From Chloroflexota bacterium (GTDB lineage: Bacteria; Chloroflexota; Dehalococcoidia; SM23-28-2): DNA of 36,773 nucleotides. A program made the translations under genes and the position numbers. Where the stretch lies: the NCBI GenBank assembly GCA_030691665.1, contig JAUYDU010000370.1:1-36773 (forward strand), written 5' to 3'. This document shows positions 25,930 to 34,586 of this stretch, piece by piece. A model generated the notes under the pieces. It worked only from the letters and a program-made list of their open reading frames with translations, was not told the origin of the DNA and searched no databases. Within the stretch, counting starts at the first letter, position 1, and the number at the start of each line of letters is the position of its first letter.

Positions 25930-25951
25930 TTCAGCAAGGAGGTGAACAACC

Positions 25952-26974
25952 ATGACACAACGCATAGTGCTCAAGAGTCTAGGGGAACTCGGTCGCTTCG
26001 CGGACTTGCTTGCCCCGAGTGACCGGCCCAGCAACGAACGGGCGCTCGTGCCAGTCGTGGTCGAGCCGATGATGGCGCCGGACCTCGAAGCGCTGGCCGA
26101 CGCCGCGAGCCGGGCGGCCGAGGAGCTACGCCACCTCGCCGAAGCCGACAGCCGGGCGAGGCGCGAGGCGGAGGCGGCGCTGACCCGCTACCGGCGGCTC
26201 CAGGGCGACAGAGCCCGCCTTCAGCGCATCGCCGGCGAGGCGCAGACGGTCGCCGACCGTGCGGCGGCACTAGCCCAGGAAGCCTTCGAGCCCGCGTGCC
26301 GTGAGCGGGCGGGGGCCGTCGCGATAGCCGCGGCGTTCGTCGCAGCAACGGCCAGGAACCGGCTGCAGGCTGTCGAGGCGGACGTGGAAACGCTCGGTGC
26401 CCGCGAGGACCTGGCACGGCTGCTGGAGGAGGAGCGCGAGAGGGAGGAAGCCGCTCGCCGCCAGGCCGAGGAACGCCAGCGGGAGGCTCGGCTGAGAGAC
26501 GGTATCGCCCGTGCAGAGGCGCTGGCGAAGGAGCGAAAATTCAACGAGGCCCGGAGGCTGTTGGGTCGTCTCGCTCAAGAGTGCCCCAACAGTCCCGCCC
26601 TGGCCTCGTACATCGACAGGATACGGCGGCAGGAGTGGGCCGTCAAGACGCAGCGCCTCGAAGAGGCATTGCGTCAGGCCCGCCGTCTAATCCGCCGAGA
26701 ACCCCGTGAGGCCATCGCTCTCCTGGAGCCGCTCGACCTGAGCGGGATGCCGGACACCCTCGTGCGACAGGTCTACGGGTGCTGGTTGACCGGCTGCCGT
26801 GGCCTCGGGCTCGAATCGGCTATCCACTACCCGGCGGCCTTCGGCAGGGGAGCCGTCTTGATCCCCACGCGAGACAATGGCCTCGAAGTCGTCTCCGCCA
26901 TCGGCCTTCCCCACTGGCAGCCAGGCCGCCGTTTGTCTCGCGCTGCGCTCAAGGGCGCACACCCTCTCCGCTGA
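25952..26974 (+). CDS. hypothetical coiled-coil protein (340 aa)
   Basis: ATG with AAGGAGGTG upstream. A long Ala/Glu/Arg-rich heptad-like middle (EEEREREEAARRQAEERQREARLRD...) and a distinct C-terminal domain. Confidence 0.65.
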   Translation: MTQRIVLKSLGELGRFADLLAPSDRPSNERALVPVVVEPMMAPDLEALADAASRAAEELRHLAEADSRARREAEAALTRYRRLQGDRARLQRIAGEAQTVADRAAALAQEAFEPACRERAGAVAIAAAFVAATARNRLQAVEADVETLGAREDLARLLEEEREREEAARRQAEERQREARLRDGIARAEALAKERKFNEARRLLGRLAQECPNSPALASYIDRIRRQEWAVKTQRLEEALRQARRLIRREPREAIALLEPLDLSGMPDTLVRQVYGCWLTGCRGLGLESAIHYPAAFGRGAVLIPTRDNGLEVVSAIGLPHWQPGRRLSRAALKGAHPLR

Positions 26975-26999
26975 CTTTCCGGCCTCTAGAACGCCTTTC

Positions 27000-27030
27000 C
27001 CCTGGGGGCCGCTACAAGCGGCCCCCAGGG
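27000..27030 (+). terminator. 13-bp perfect GC-rich hairpin after the coiled-coil gene
   Basis: ccctgggggccgc-tacaa-gcggcccccaggg. No U-tract, so it is a terminator or other structured element. Confidence 0.45.
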
Positions 27031-27188
27031 TGCACATGCGTCCGCCCGGGGAGATCTGTGCCTGGCTCCCTGGCAAGCAGCAGGTCGACTCACAGCCCTT
27101 CGAGAAATGGAGAACCCAACATGTCCAAAGAAGACCGGTTCAGCGAATACAGCCGCCACAGGTGCCGACAACCGGCGGAGCTCTGGCA

Positions 27189-29081
27189 GTGCTAGACCTG
27201 TCGAAACTCAACCCGGAGCAGAGGGAGGCGGTCACCGCCACGGAGGGGCCTTTGCTCGTCGTGGCCGGCCCCGGCTCCGGCAAGACGGCCGTCATCGCCG
27301 CCCGCGCCGCCTACATCATCGACCAGGGGCTGGCGGAGCCGTCGGCGGTTCTGGCCGTCACCTTCACCAACAAGGCCGGCCGCGAGCTCAAGCGTCGCCT
27401 GGCTTCGGTGCTGGGGGAGTCGGCGCGCCAGGTGTGGGCGGGGACTTTCCACGCCTTCGCCCTGCGCATGCTCCGCCAGTGGGGCGGCCACTTCGGCTTC
27501 GATCCCGATCACCTCTCGGTTTACGCCGACCAGGGGGACCGAAGGACGGCGCTGACGCAGGCCCTGAAGGAGCTGGGCCTCGACCCCAAAGGTCAGCCCA
27601 GAGAGGCGCTCCTCCAGATGATCAGCCGGGCCAAGGACCGATTGCTCTGGCCGAAGGACGTGGCGGGGCGTGACCCGGAGCTCAGCGCCGTGTACGAGGC
27701 TTACCAGGGAGTGCTGCGGCGCCGCAACGCCCTGGACTTCGACGACTTCCTCCTGTTCGCCGTGCGGCTTCTGGAGGAGCGAGCCGACGTAGCCCGTTCG
27801 CTGCGCTGCACCCACCGGTACATCCTGGTGGACGAGTTCCAGGACGTGAATCACGCCCAGCACCGGCTTCTCACCCTTCTGGCCGCCGAGCACGGCAACC
27901 TCTGCGTCGTCGGCGACCCCGTGCAGAATTTGTTCTCCTGGCGGGGGAGCGACATCCGCTACCTGCTGGAGTTCCAGCGGGATTACCCGAACGCGCGAGT
28001 TATCTCCCTGGAACAGAATTACCGCAGCACGCAGGTGATCCTGGCCGTGGCCAACGCTCTCAGCGCCGCCCTGCGCTACGGGCGGCGGAACCTCTGGACG
28101 GCCAACCCACCCGGCCTGCCGGTAGTGCTGCGGGCCACCGACGACCCTCAGGCCGAGGCGGCCTTCGTCGTCGCCGAAGTGCAACGGCTCATCGCTGAGG
28201 GCGCTGTCGGGTCGCCAGGTGACTGCGCCGTCCTCTATCGAACCAACGCTCAGGCGCGGGAGCTGGAGCTGGCCTGCCTGGAGGCGGGCCTGCCCTACAG
28301 CGTGCGCGGCAACAACGACTTCCTGGCGCGCAAGGAGATCCGCGACCTCCTGGCCTACCTTAGGCTGGTGCACAACCCGCAGGACGTAGTGGCTCTGGGA
28401 CGGGTGGTGAACACGCCGCCCCGACGGCTGGCCACCCTGGAACGGCGCATCCGCGCCGGTGAGGAGCTAACCCTGGGCAGACTGGAGGCGGAGTTCCCCT
28501 GCGGCCTCAAGGGCGACCGCAGCCGCAAGGCGCTGCGCGATTTCCTAGAGGTCGTGGCTGTGCTCCGCTCCATGGCGGACGCCCCGCCTGGACCGCTCAT
28601 CGAGGCGGTTCTGGAACTCACTGGATACCGGACATGGCTGCGGGGCCAGGAGGACGGCGAAGCGCGCCTGGCGAACCTGGAGTCCTTTCGCGGATTCGCC
28701 GAGCGGTCGGAGGCTCAGGACCTGGCCGAGTTCCTGGACGAGGTCAGCCTCGCAAGCGACCTGGAGACGGGCTCCGACCCCGAGGGCCTTGCCCTCTCCA
28801 CCATTCACGCCGTCAAGGGGCTGGAGTGGCCGGTGGTGTTCGTCGCTGGACTGGAGGACGGACTGCTCCCCCACGCCCGCGCCCTGGACGGGCTGGAGGG
28901 CGAGGGCAGTGCCCTGGAGGAGGAGCTGCGGCTGTGCTATGTGGCGGTCACCCGCGCCGTCGACCGAGTCTACCTCACCTATGCGCGGCGGCGGCCAGGC
29001 AACGGCCGGTCACTAGCCGCCATGCCCTCGCGTTTCCTGCGACGGATGCCCATCGACCTGTTGGAGCGTCGCGCCGCGTAG
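27189..29081 (+). CDS. UvrD/PcrA/Rep-family SF1 DNA helicase
   Basis: Motifs: LNPEQREAV, GPGSGKT (I), AVTFTNKAGRELKRRL (Ia), ILVDEFQDVN (II), VVGDPVQNLFSWRGSD (III), LEQNYRSTQVIL (IV), STIHAVKGLEWPVVFV (V), LCYVAVTRAVDRVYL (VI). The GTG at 27189 was chosen because it lies 7 codons before LNPEQ. The listed ATG at 26877 overlaps the previous gene and the hairpin. Confidence 0.85.
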   Translation: MLDLSKLNPEQREAVTATEGPLLVVAGPGSGKTAVIAARAAYIIDQGLAEPSAVLAVTFTNKAGRELKRRLASVLGESARQVWAGTFHAFALRMLRQWGGHFGFDPDHLSVYADQGDRRTALTQALKELGLDPKGQPREALLQMISRAKDRLLWPKDVAGRDPELSAVYEAYQGVLRRRNALDFDDFLLFAVRLLEERADVARSLRCTHRYILVDEFQDVNHAQHRLLTLLAAEHGNLCVVGDPVQNLFSWRGSDIRYLLEFQRDYPNARVISLEQNYRSTQVILAVANALSAALRYGRRNLWTANPPGLPVVLRATDDPQAEAAFVVAEVQRLIAEGAVGSPGDCAVLYRTNAQARELELACLEAGLPYSVRGNNDFLARKEIRDLLAYLRLVHNPQDVVALGRVVNTPPRRLATLERRIRAGEELTLGRLEAEFPCGLKGDRSRKALRDFLEVVAVLRSMADAPPGPLIEAVLELTGYRTWLRGQEDGEARLANLESFRGFAERSEAQDLAEFLDEVSLASDLETGSDPEGLALSTIHAVKGLEWPVVFVAGLEDGLLPHARALDGLEGEGSALEEELRLCYVAVTRAVDRVYLTYARRRPGNGRSLAAMPSRFLRRMPIDLLERRAA

Positions 29082-29093
29082 AAGGAGATCGCT

Positions 29094-30131
29094 GTGTACG
29101 ACGTGCGGGCTATTCGGAACGCCCACGCCATCGAAGATGTGGCCAGCGACGCCGGAGTCGAACTGCGGCCCGTAGGTGGGCGGCTTCTGGGTCGCTGCCC
29201 CTTCCACCGTGATGAGCGGCCCAGCCTGGTGGTCTATCCGCACAATCGCAGCTATTTCTGCTTCGGCTGCGGTGCCGGGGGCGACGTCATCGACTTCGTG
29301 GCCCGGCTGCGCGAAGTGGAGTTCAAAGAGGCAGCCGCCATGCTCGCCGGCCCTTCTACTGACCAGAGAGGCCGCAAACGGGCACCGCCGCAGATCGCGC
29401 GGTCGACGAGAGAGCGGCACGCCCAAGTCTCAAGCCAAGCGGAGGTGGAAGTCATCGACGCTGCCGCCTCGTTCTACCACGACGCCCTTTGGCGGAGCCG
29501 AGAGGCTCTCGCCTACCTGGCCGCTCGGGGCATCGACCGGAGCACAGCCCACCGATGCAGGCTTGGCTTCGCTTGCCACGGGCTCGCGGACTATCTCCGC
29601 CGCGATGGGCTGAGCCTAGCAGCTGCTCGCCGTGTGGGGCTGCTCGTAGGGGAAGAGGGCACCATGCTAGGCCGCATCGTCATTCCCGACGTGCACGCTG
29701 GCAAGGCGAGGTGGCTCACCGGCCGAGCCCTGGGGCAGGCCACCCCCCGTTATCTGAACCTGCGTCTGCCGACGCCTCTGCTCGGTCTCGGGCTGGTGCG
29801 CGGGGACGAGGTCGTAGTTACCGAAGGCCCTTTCGACTGGCTGACGGGCATTCAGTGGAACCTGCCAACGGTGGCGCTGCTCGGCACCCACACCTCGCGG
29901 TCGACGGTGCAGACGCTCGCGCGCTTCCGCCGGGTGTACCTGGCGCTGGACGCCGACGAGGCCGGGCATCGCGCCGCCGCAAGGCTGACGTCGGCGCTCA
30001 GACCCCGGGCGATAGCTGTCGAGCTTCCACCCGGCGTCCACGACCTGAACGACCTGGGGCGCTCTCCCGCTGGCCGGGAGGCGTTCCAGCGCTGCCTAGA
30101 AGATGCAAATCGGAGAAGGGAAGAAAGATGA
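29094..30131 (+). CDS. DnaG-like DNA primase (CHC2 zinc finger + primase core + Toprim), short mobile-element type
   Basis: CPFHRDERPSLVVYPHNRSYFCFGCGAGGDVIDFV (zf-CHC2). RIVIPDVHAGKARWLTGRAL...PRYLNL (primase core). VVVTEGPFDWL...VYLALDADEAGHRAA (Toprim). GTG start with AAGGAG upstream. Confidence 0.85.
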   Translation: MYDVRAIRNAHAIEDVASDAGVELRPVGGRLLGRCPFHRDERPSLVVYPHNRSYFCFGCGAGGDVIDFVARLREVEFKEAAAMLAGPSTDQRGRKRAPPQIARSTRERHAQVSSQAEVEVIDAAASFYHDALWRSREALAYLAARGIDRSTAHRCRLGFACHGLADYLRRDGLSLAAARRVGLLVGEEGTMLGRIVIPDVHAGKARWLTGRALGQATPRYLNLRLPTPLLGLGLVRGDEVVVTEGPFDWLTGIQWNLPTVALLGTHTSRSTVQTLARFRRVYLALDADEAGHRAAARLTSALRPRAIAVELPPGVHDLNDLGRSPAGREAFQRCLEDANRRREER

Positions 30132-30922
30132 GATACCTTCGACGTAACGGCCGGGCTGCGCCCAGACGGGCGCCCGTTGGGGCGCGCCGCCTGACGGTTG
30201 GTAGGCGGACAACCAACACCCGGGCCGATGGGCTGCCTCGTCAGGTGCTCGCTCTCCTGGCGCAGCCCCTGGATCCGGCCCTGATCTCGGAGCGCGAGGC
30301 CCGCGATGGGCGGGTGCTCCAGTACATCGAGGGATGGGCCGCGATCAACCAAGCCAATCGAATATTTGGACACGACGGCTGGGGCGCAGAAGTGATCGGT
30401 GAGGTTGGCTATCGCCCCCTCAGCCTGGCCGAGCCCGACACTGGCGAGGCAGTCGCCGTGGGGATGTATGCCGCGACGGTACGGGTTTCGGTCCGCGGCT
30501 GTCCGCCGAAGGCCGACGTCGGCTGCTCCTTCCTCTCGCAGGACACGCCCGAGGCCCATGAGGCCGCCTACAAGGGCGCCGTGACCGACGCCATGAAGCG
30601 GGCTCTGCGCCACTTCGGTGACCAGTTCGCCAATAGGCTGTACGACCGTCGTAATGCCGTCGACCCGGCATCGCCGAAACGGGCGGCGCCAGCCTCCCCC
30701 GCCAGGCTGGAGGCGATGCGCCGCAAAGTGCTGGATCTGTCGGGACGCCTCGGCGTCGACGAGGGGAAGGCGCGCGCCTGGGCGCAGAAGCGGTACGGCC
30801 AGCCCCTTGACGCGCTCGGCGAGCAGGAACTGGCCGACGCCGTTCGCTCCCTGGCCGAACAGCTGAATCAGCGCAACGGCCTGGCCGCCGACAGGCGGAG
30901 CGTCCGCCGCCTGGCTGCGTAG
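30128..30922 (+). CDS. Rad52/Rad22-type single-strand annealing protein
   Basis: ATG at 30128 in ATGA overlap with the primase stop. LQYIEGWAAINQANRIFGHDGWGAEV...AYKGAVTDAMKRALRHFGDQFANRLYD matches the Rad52_Rad22 core. The upstream part of listed ORF 29489..30922 is out-of-frame overlap with the primase. Confidence 0.8.
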   Translation: MRYLRRNGRAAPRRAPVGARRLTVGRRTTNTRADGLPRQVLALLAQPLDPALISEREARDGRVLQYIEGWAAINQANRIFGHDGWGAEVIGEVGYRPLSLAEPDTGEAVAVGMYAATVRVSVRGCPPKADVGCSFLSQDTPEAHEAAYKGAVTDAMKRALRHFGDQFANRLYDRRNAVDPASPKRAAPASPARLEAMRRKVLDLSGRLGVDEGKARAWAQKRYGQPLDALGEQELADAVRSLAEQLNQRNGLAADRRSVRRLAA

Positions 30923-30927
30923 AGGCC

Positions 30928-31143
30928 ATGGCTCTCCAGCATCGACGCCTGGTGCGGCTGATACAGACCCGCACCGGGCTGCGATACGTGGTACAGGTCC
31001 CCGAGCCTCAGTGCCCTATCCCAGGCTGGCGCGCCTACGCGGTGCTGGCCTTCGGGCCGAACGGCGACGGCGACCAGCGCCTCACCCTGTACGAACGACT
31101 AGAGGATGGTCCGGAGGCTCCCGATGGCCAACAGGCAGCGTAA
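30928..31143 (+). CDS. hypothetical protein (71 aa)
   Basis: ORF packed between the Rad52-type and RadC-like genes. No motif. Confidence 0.45.
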   Translation: MALQHRRLVRLIQTRTGLRYVVQVPEPQCPIPGWRAYAVLAFGPNGDGDQRLTLYERLEDGPEAPDGQQAA

Positions 31144-31648
31144 TGATGAGCGCCAGTTGACGTTCCTCGCTCCCGATGACGCAGCACTTCTCCAGCTCGT
31201 GCGGGAGAACCTGCGCCTGCTGGCGGAGCTGCGGGTCGGCTATCGCCCAGTCGCTCACGGCGAGCCAAACGCCTATCAGGTGCGGTCGCCTCAGGATGTG
31301 GCCGACCTGCTAGCCCCCGAGATGGAGATGCTGGCTCAAGAGCAGCTAAGGGTGATCCTCCTGGACACGCGCAACCGTGTGCTGGACGTGGTGATGGTCT
31401 ATCAGGGGAACGTCGGGAGCGCGGTGGTGCGCATGGCCGAGCTGTTTCGCGACGCCATCGTTGCCAACGCGCCCGCCGTCGTCCTGGTGCACAATCATCC
31501 CTCCGGCGACCCTTCCGCCAGCGACGAGGACGTTCGTATCACCAAGGACGCTGCTCAGGCCGCGAAACTCCTCAGCATCGACCTGCTGGACCACGTAATC
31601 CTCGGGCAGGCGCGGTTCATCAGCCTCAAGGAGCAGGGCGTGCTGTGA
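31124..31648 (+). CDS. radC: RadC-like JAB/MPN domain protein
   Basis: JAMM motif VLVHNHPSGDPSASDEDVRITK. ATG at 31124 has GGAGG 6 nt upstream and is preferred over 31106. Confidence 0.85.
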   Translation: MANRQRNDERQLTFLAPDDAALLQLVRENLRLLAELRVGYRPVAHGEPNAYQVRSPQDVADLLAPEMEMLAQEQLRVILLDTRNRVLDVVMVYQGNVGSAVVRMAELFRDAIVANAPAVVLVHNHPSGDPSASDEDVRITKDAAQAAKLLSIDLLDHVILGQARFISLKEQGVL

Positions 31649-31663
31649 CGGCGTCACGGGGGG

Positions 31664-31715
31664 TTGCCAGCCGCCAGATGCGTACCGTATAATAGTTTAG
31701 ACCAGTATAGACCAG
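31664..31715 (+). promoter_or_regulatory. sigma70-type promoter plus direct-repeat operator of the phd-vapC pair
   Basis: TTGCCA (31664-31669), an 18-nt spacer, and a perfect TATAAT (31688-31693). The direct repeat TAGACCAG at 31698 and 31708 lies between the -10 and the RBS. Confidence 0.6.
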
Positions 31716-31729
31716 AATCGAGGTGCGCC

Positions 31730-31969
31730 ATGAAGCAGATCGGAGTCTACGAGGCCAAGACCCATCTCCCCCGTCTCCTCGACGAGGTGGAGCAGGGCGA
31801 GACCATCACCATTACCCGCCACGGGCGCCCTATCGCCCGCGTCGTTCCCGTGCGTGGTCGACGGCGGAGCGTGGGAGAAGCCATTGAGGCAATCCGCGAA
31901 TTCCGGAAGGGCCACCGGCTCGATGGTATCACCACTCGCGAACTCATCGAGGAAGGCCGGAGGCGCTGA
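31730..31969 (+). CDS. Phd/YefM-family antitoxin
   Basis: MKQIGVYEAKTHLPRLLDEVEQGETITITRHGRPIARVVP is the canonical Phd/YefM N-terminus. GAGGTG RBS. The stop overlaps the vapC start. Confidence 0.85.
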   Translation: MKQIGVYEAKTHLPRLLDEVEQGETITITRHGRPIARVVPVRGRRRSVGEAIEAIREFRKGHRLDGITTRELIEEGRRR

Positions 31970-32379
31970 TGCCATTCGTCTTGGATGCCTCACTGGCACT
32001 CGCCTGGCACTTCGAGGACGAGGTCTCGGAGTATGCGGACCGGGTGCTTGATCGGGTAGGAGAAGACCGCGCTCTCGTGCCCTCCGTATGGGAGCTGGAG
32101 ATAGCGAACGCCCTGGCAGTCGCCGAGCGGCGGGGTCGCCTCTCGCCCGCGGGCGTCGCCCGGGCGGTGGAGTTGTTTCTGGAGTTGGCGATTTCCATCC
32201 ACGAGGTGGCCCTTGAGTCAGCGCTGGGGCCAGTGCTCGACCTGGCGCGGACGCAGGGGATGACTGCTTATGACGCAGCATACTTGGAGTTGGCGATGCG
32301 GGAGGGGCTGCCACTCGCTACGGAGGACGAGGCCCTTCGTGCCGCTGCCCTGCGGGTCGGCGTGCCGCTGGTAGATTGA
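31969..32379 (+). CDS. vapC: PIN-domain toxin VapC
   Basis: MPFVLDASLALAW (first Asp), WELEIANAL (Glu), YDAAYLELAMREGLPLATEDEAL (third and fourth acidic residues). The size and the pairing with the antitoxin are typical. Confidence 0.85.
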   Translation: MPFVLDASLALAWHFEDEVSEYADRVLDRVGEDRALVPSVWELEIANALAVAERRGRLSPAGVARAVELFLELAISIHEVALESALGPVLDLARTQGMTAYDAAYLELAMREGLPLATEDEALRAAALRVGVPLVD

Positions 32380-32380
32380 C

Positions 32381-32827
32381 ATGGGAGACATCCAGCACAA
32401 AGCAAAGAAGCTCGAAGAGGGTCACGCCTGGCAAGAGACCGACGAAGTCGTGGAGGCAAAGGTGAAGCGGCCTCTGGACAAGGTCATACCGGTCCGCCTG
32501 CCCTCGGAGAAGTGGGAGGAGCTGCGGCGCGAGACCCGTGAGCTCGGCGTCGGCCCTGCCACTCTGGCGCGGAAGTGGATCCTGGAGAAGCTGCGCCGGG
32601 TGATGCTCACGAGGGCTTCCAACATCTCGCACGACGAGAGGACCCAAAAGGGCAGGGGCGAGAAGAGTTCTGATCCGAGACGACGGCGGCGCGAGACTGA
32701 AGAGCGCCGTCGCGCAGCGAGGGAGATCGCGCAACTCGCCGTCGAGGCTGTGCCGGACCCCGACGCCCTGAGCCACGAGCTGGATACCACCTACGAACTG
32801 CGCGACGAGAGCGGGGGATCCACCTAG
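32381..32827 (+). CDS. hypothetical protein with probable ribbon-helix-helix segment
   Basis: VIPVRLPSEKWEELRRETRELGVGPATLARKWILEKL looks like a CopG/RHH (BrnA-like) unit. The C-terminal half is highly charged and low-complexity. Confidence 0.45.
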   Translation: MGDIQHKAKKLEEGHAWQETDEVVEAKVKRPLDKVIPVRLPSEKWEELRRETRELGVGPATLARKWILEKLRRVMLTRASNISHDERTQKGRGEKSSDPRRRRRETEERRRAAREIAQLAVEAVPDPDALSHELDTTYELRDESGGST

Positions 32828-32851
32828 CAATCTGAGCCGCTCCGACCTTTG

Positions 32852-32885
32852 AAGAGCCCCGGAGGTTCGAGCCTTTGGGGCTCTT
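32852..32885 (+). terminator. hairpin after the RHH gene
   Basis: aagagcccc ... ggggctctt 9-bp stem, extended by inner G-U/A-U/G-C pairs. Weak T-tract. Confidence 0.4.
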
Positions 32886-32909
32886 GCTATTCCCGACACG
32901 GAGGTGATG

Positions 32910-34586
32910 ATGACCCAACTGACTGACACACCTGTCGCCCTGTTGGTCTGCGAGCGCTGCGGGCAGGCGGCGATGGGGCTGTGGGCCCACGGCGACCCCT
33001 GCCCGAACCGGCGCTGCGGCGGCCTGCTCACCACGCAAATCCAACCGGAGGTCACACGCGGAGCGGCAGCGCGCCCTGACGGGGACGGCCACGACGGCCC
33101 TGGCGATGTGCTGGAGTCGACCGTTCCTTTGTTAGCGCCGCTACCGCCCTCGCGCGATGGCGAAGGCGAGACGCTGGACGCGGGTCCTGAGCCAGAGGTT
33201 GAGGAGCTGGTCCTGCCACCGCCAGACCATCACTTCTTGGCCGGACGAGCCTACGCCGTCCGCCTGGCCCGACGGGTCGTCGAGCGACGGCGGCGGGGCG
33301 AGACGAATGAGCCCGATGTCCTCGCCGAGATACGCCGCCGCTTCGTGGACCTGGGGGCCATCTACCGGCCGCCCTCGGGCGTCTTCAACATCCAGCGCGC
33401 CCGCGAGCAGCACCGGGGGCAGTTCTTCAGCAACCCGGCCATCGGCCGCTTGCTCTTCCGGCTGCTCCAGCCGCCACAGGGTACCCGCGCCCTGGAGTCC
33501 TGCGTCGGAATCGGCAACCTCATCGCCGAGCCGGGCCGCGTCTGCGTCACCGGCATCGACGTAGACCGCGACGCCGTCACGGTGGCCCGAGCGCTGCTGG
33601 GCGACGGCCACTGCCTCGTGCTGGACGAGTTCCAGCACCATCGCTTCGACGGCAAGTTCGAACTGGTGCTGGGCAACCCGCCCTACAGCCTCCACCTCCG
33701 CGACCGCCGCCGGCTCTGGCAGCATGTGGGCTGGGACGGCTGGGGCCGCGCCGAGGCCCTGTGGCTGGAGCAGGCCTTCCTGGCTGTGGCCCGGCCCGGC
33801 GTGGTGGCCGCAGTCCTGCCCGCCAACGCCCTCGAGGCCCTGGAGCCCACGGTCGTGCGCTGGGTCGAGGGCAAGGGGCGGCTCCTGGTCTGCATTGATC
33901 TGCCGCCGGAGGCCCACGCCTCCAGCGATTGGCCGACCGCTCTCTTCATCTGGGTTGTGGGTGCGGAGTTCAGCGGGCCAGCCTACCGCGACCGTATGCC
34001 TTCCCTGGACGACGGCGCCATCGCCGACCTGCTGGCCCGCTGGCCCTCCAGTCAACTCGACCTGCTGGCGGCCTGCCGATCGGCCTGGCAGGAGACGGTC
34101 GAGCAGCGTCGGCTGACCGGAGACGACGGCCCGGTAGTGGTTCGCCCCTGGACGCAGCCGGCACGTCAGGAGCGCCGACAGCAGGCCGATGGCCTGCCGC
34201 TCGTGGACCAGGACGTCGTGCTGGCCCGCATAGTCGACGGCCGGCTGCGGCTCGTCCCCAACGGCTGGGCCGCCCAGGCCAAGCTTGCCCTCCTCGACGA
34301 AGAGATGGGCACCCGCTACGACCGGAAGCGGGAAGTGTACATCAAGCTCTGGCAGGAGCTCCTGGAGCGGCCACCGTTGCTCGGGCTCGAGGATGTAGCC
34401 GAGCGGCTCCGCTGCTACGGCACGGAGGTTGCCATCGACGGCCAGAGCGAACGCTGGCTAACGCGCCAACGCCGCTGGTACGAGCGCCAGATGGCGCCGC
34501 TCAGTCGGTGGGTGGCTGGACAGCCACAGGCGAAAGGCGGAAAGCAGAGGAGCACCGATGACGTTGAGCTGGACAAAGCTGCATGA
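32910..34586 (+). CDS. N6-adenine DNA methyltransferase (gamma-type order) with N-terminal zinc ribbon and ~230-aa uncharacterised C-terminal extension
   Basis: CERCGQ...CPNRRCGG (Zn ribbon), ALESCVGIGNLIAE (SAM motif I), VLGNPPYSL (motif IV NPPY). In-frame starts at 32904/32907/32910 follow GGAGG. 32910 has the best spacing. Confidence 0.8.
   Translation: MTQLTDTPVALLVCERCGQAAMGLWAHGDPCPNRRCGGLLTTQIQPEVTRGAAARPDGDGHDGPGDVLESTVPLLAPLPPSRDGEGETLDAGPEPEVEELVLPPPDHHFLAGRAYAVRLARRVVERRRRGETNEPDVLAEIRRRFVDLGAIYRPPSGVFNIQRAREQHRGQFFSNPAIGRLLFRLLQPPQGTRALESCVGIGNLIAEPGRVCVTGIDVDRDAVTVARALLGDGHCLVLDEFQHHRFDGKFELVLGNPPYSLHLRDRRRLWQHVGWDGWGRAEALWLEQAFLAVARPGVVAAVLPANALEALEPTVVRWVEGKGRLLVCIDLPPEAHASSDWPTALFIWVVGAEFSGPAYRDRMPSLDDGAIADLLARWPSSQLDLLAACRSAWQETVEQRRLTGDDGPVVVRPWTQPARQERRQQADGLPLVDQDVVLARIVDGRLRLVPNGWAAQAKLALLDEEMGTRYDRKREVYIKLWQELLERPPLLGLEDVAERLRCYGTEVAIDGQSERWLTRQRRWYERQMAPLSRWVAGQPQAKGGKQRSTDDVELDKAA

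Noticed and set aside
27121-27195. 24-codon ORF (MSKEDRFSEYSRHRCRQPAELWQC) with GGAG upstream, overlapping the helicase GTG, as a leader peptide
   Set aside because: It is plausible as a coupling device, but there is no evidence beyond the reading frame.
27189-30131. Gabija-like defence pair (UvrD-family helicase next to a Toprim protein)
   Set aside because: The Toprim protein has a CHC2 zinc finger and a DnaG primase core and lacks the ATPase domain of GajA. The gene order is also reversed. A replication helicase-primase pair is the simpler reading.
760-30922. N-terminal extensions of listed ORFs 760..1467, 1160..3265, 17215..18831, 26877..29081 and 29489..30922
   Set aside because: The extensions overlap the upstream gene in another frame and are low-complexity. 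Internal starts with Shine-Dalgarno sequences or ATGA/TGATG coupling give products beginning with signal peptides or canonical N-termini.
32852-32885. tRNA T-arm-like sequence GGAGGTTCGAGCC inside the hairpin after the RHH gene (a possible second att scar)
   Set aside because: The 3' side of the putative T stem pairs only through G-U wobble. No anticodon arm or acceptor/CCA context surrounds it. It is better explained as a terminator-like hairpin.
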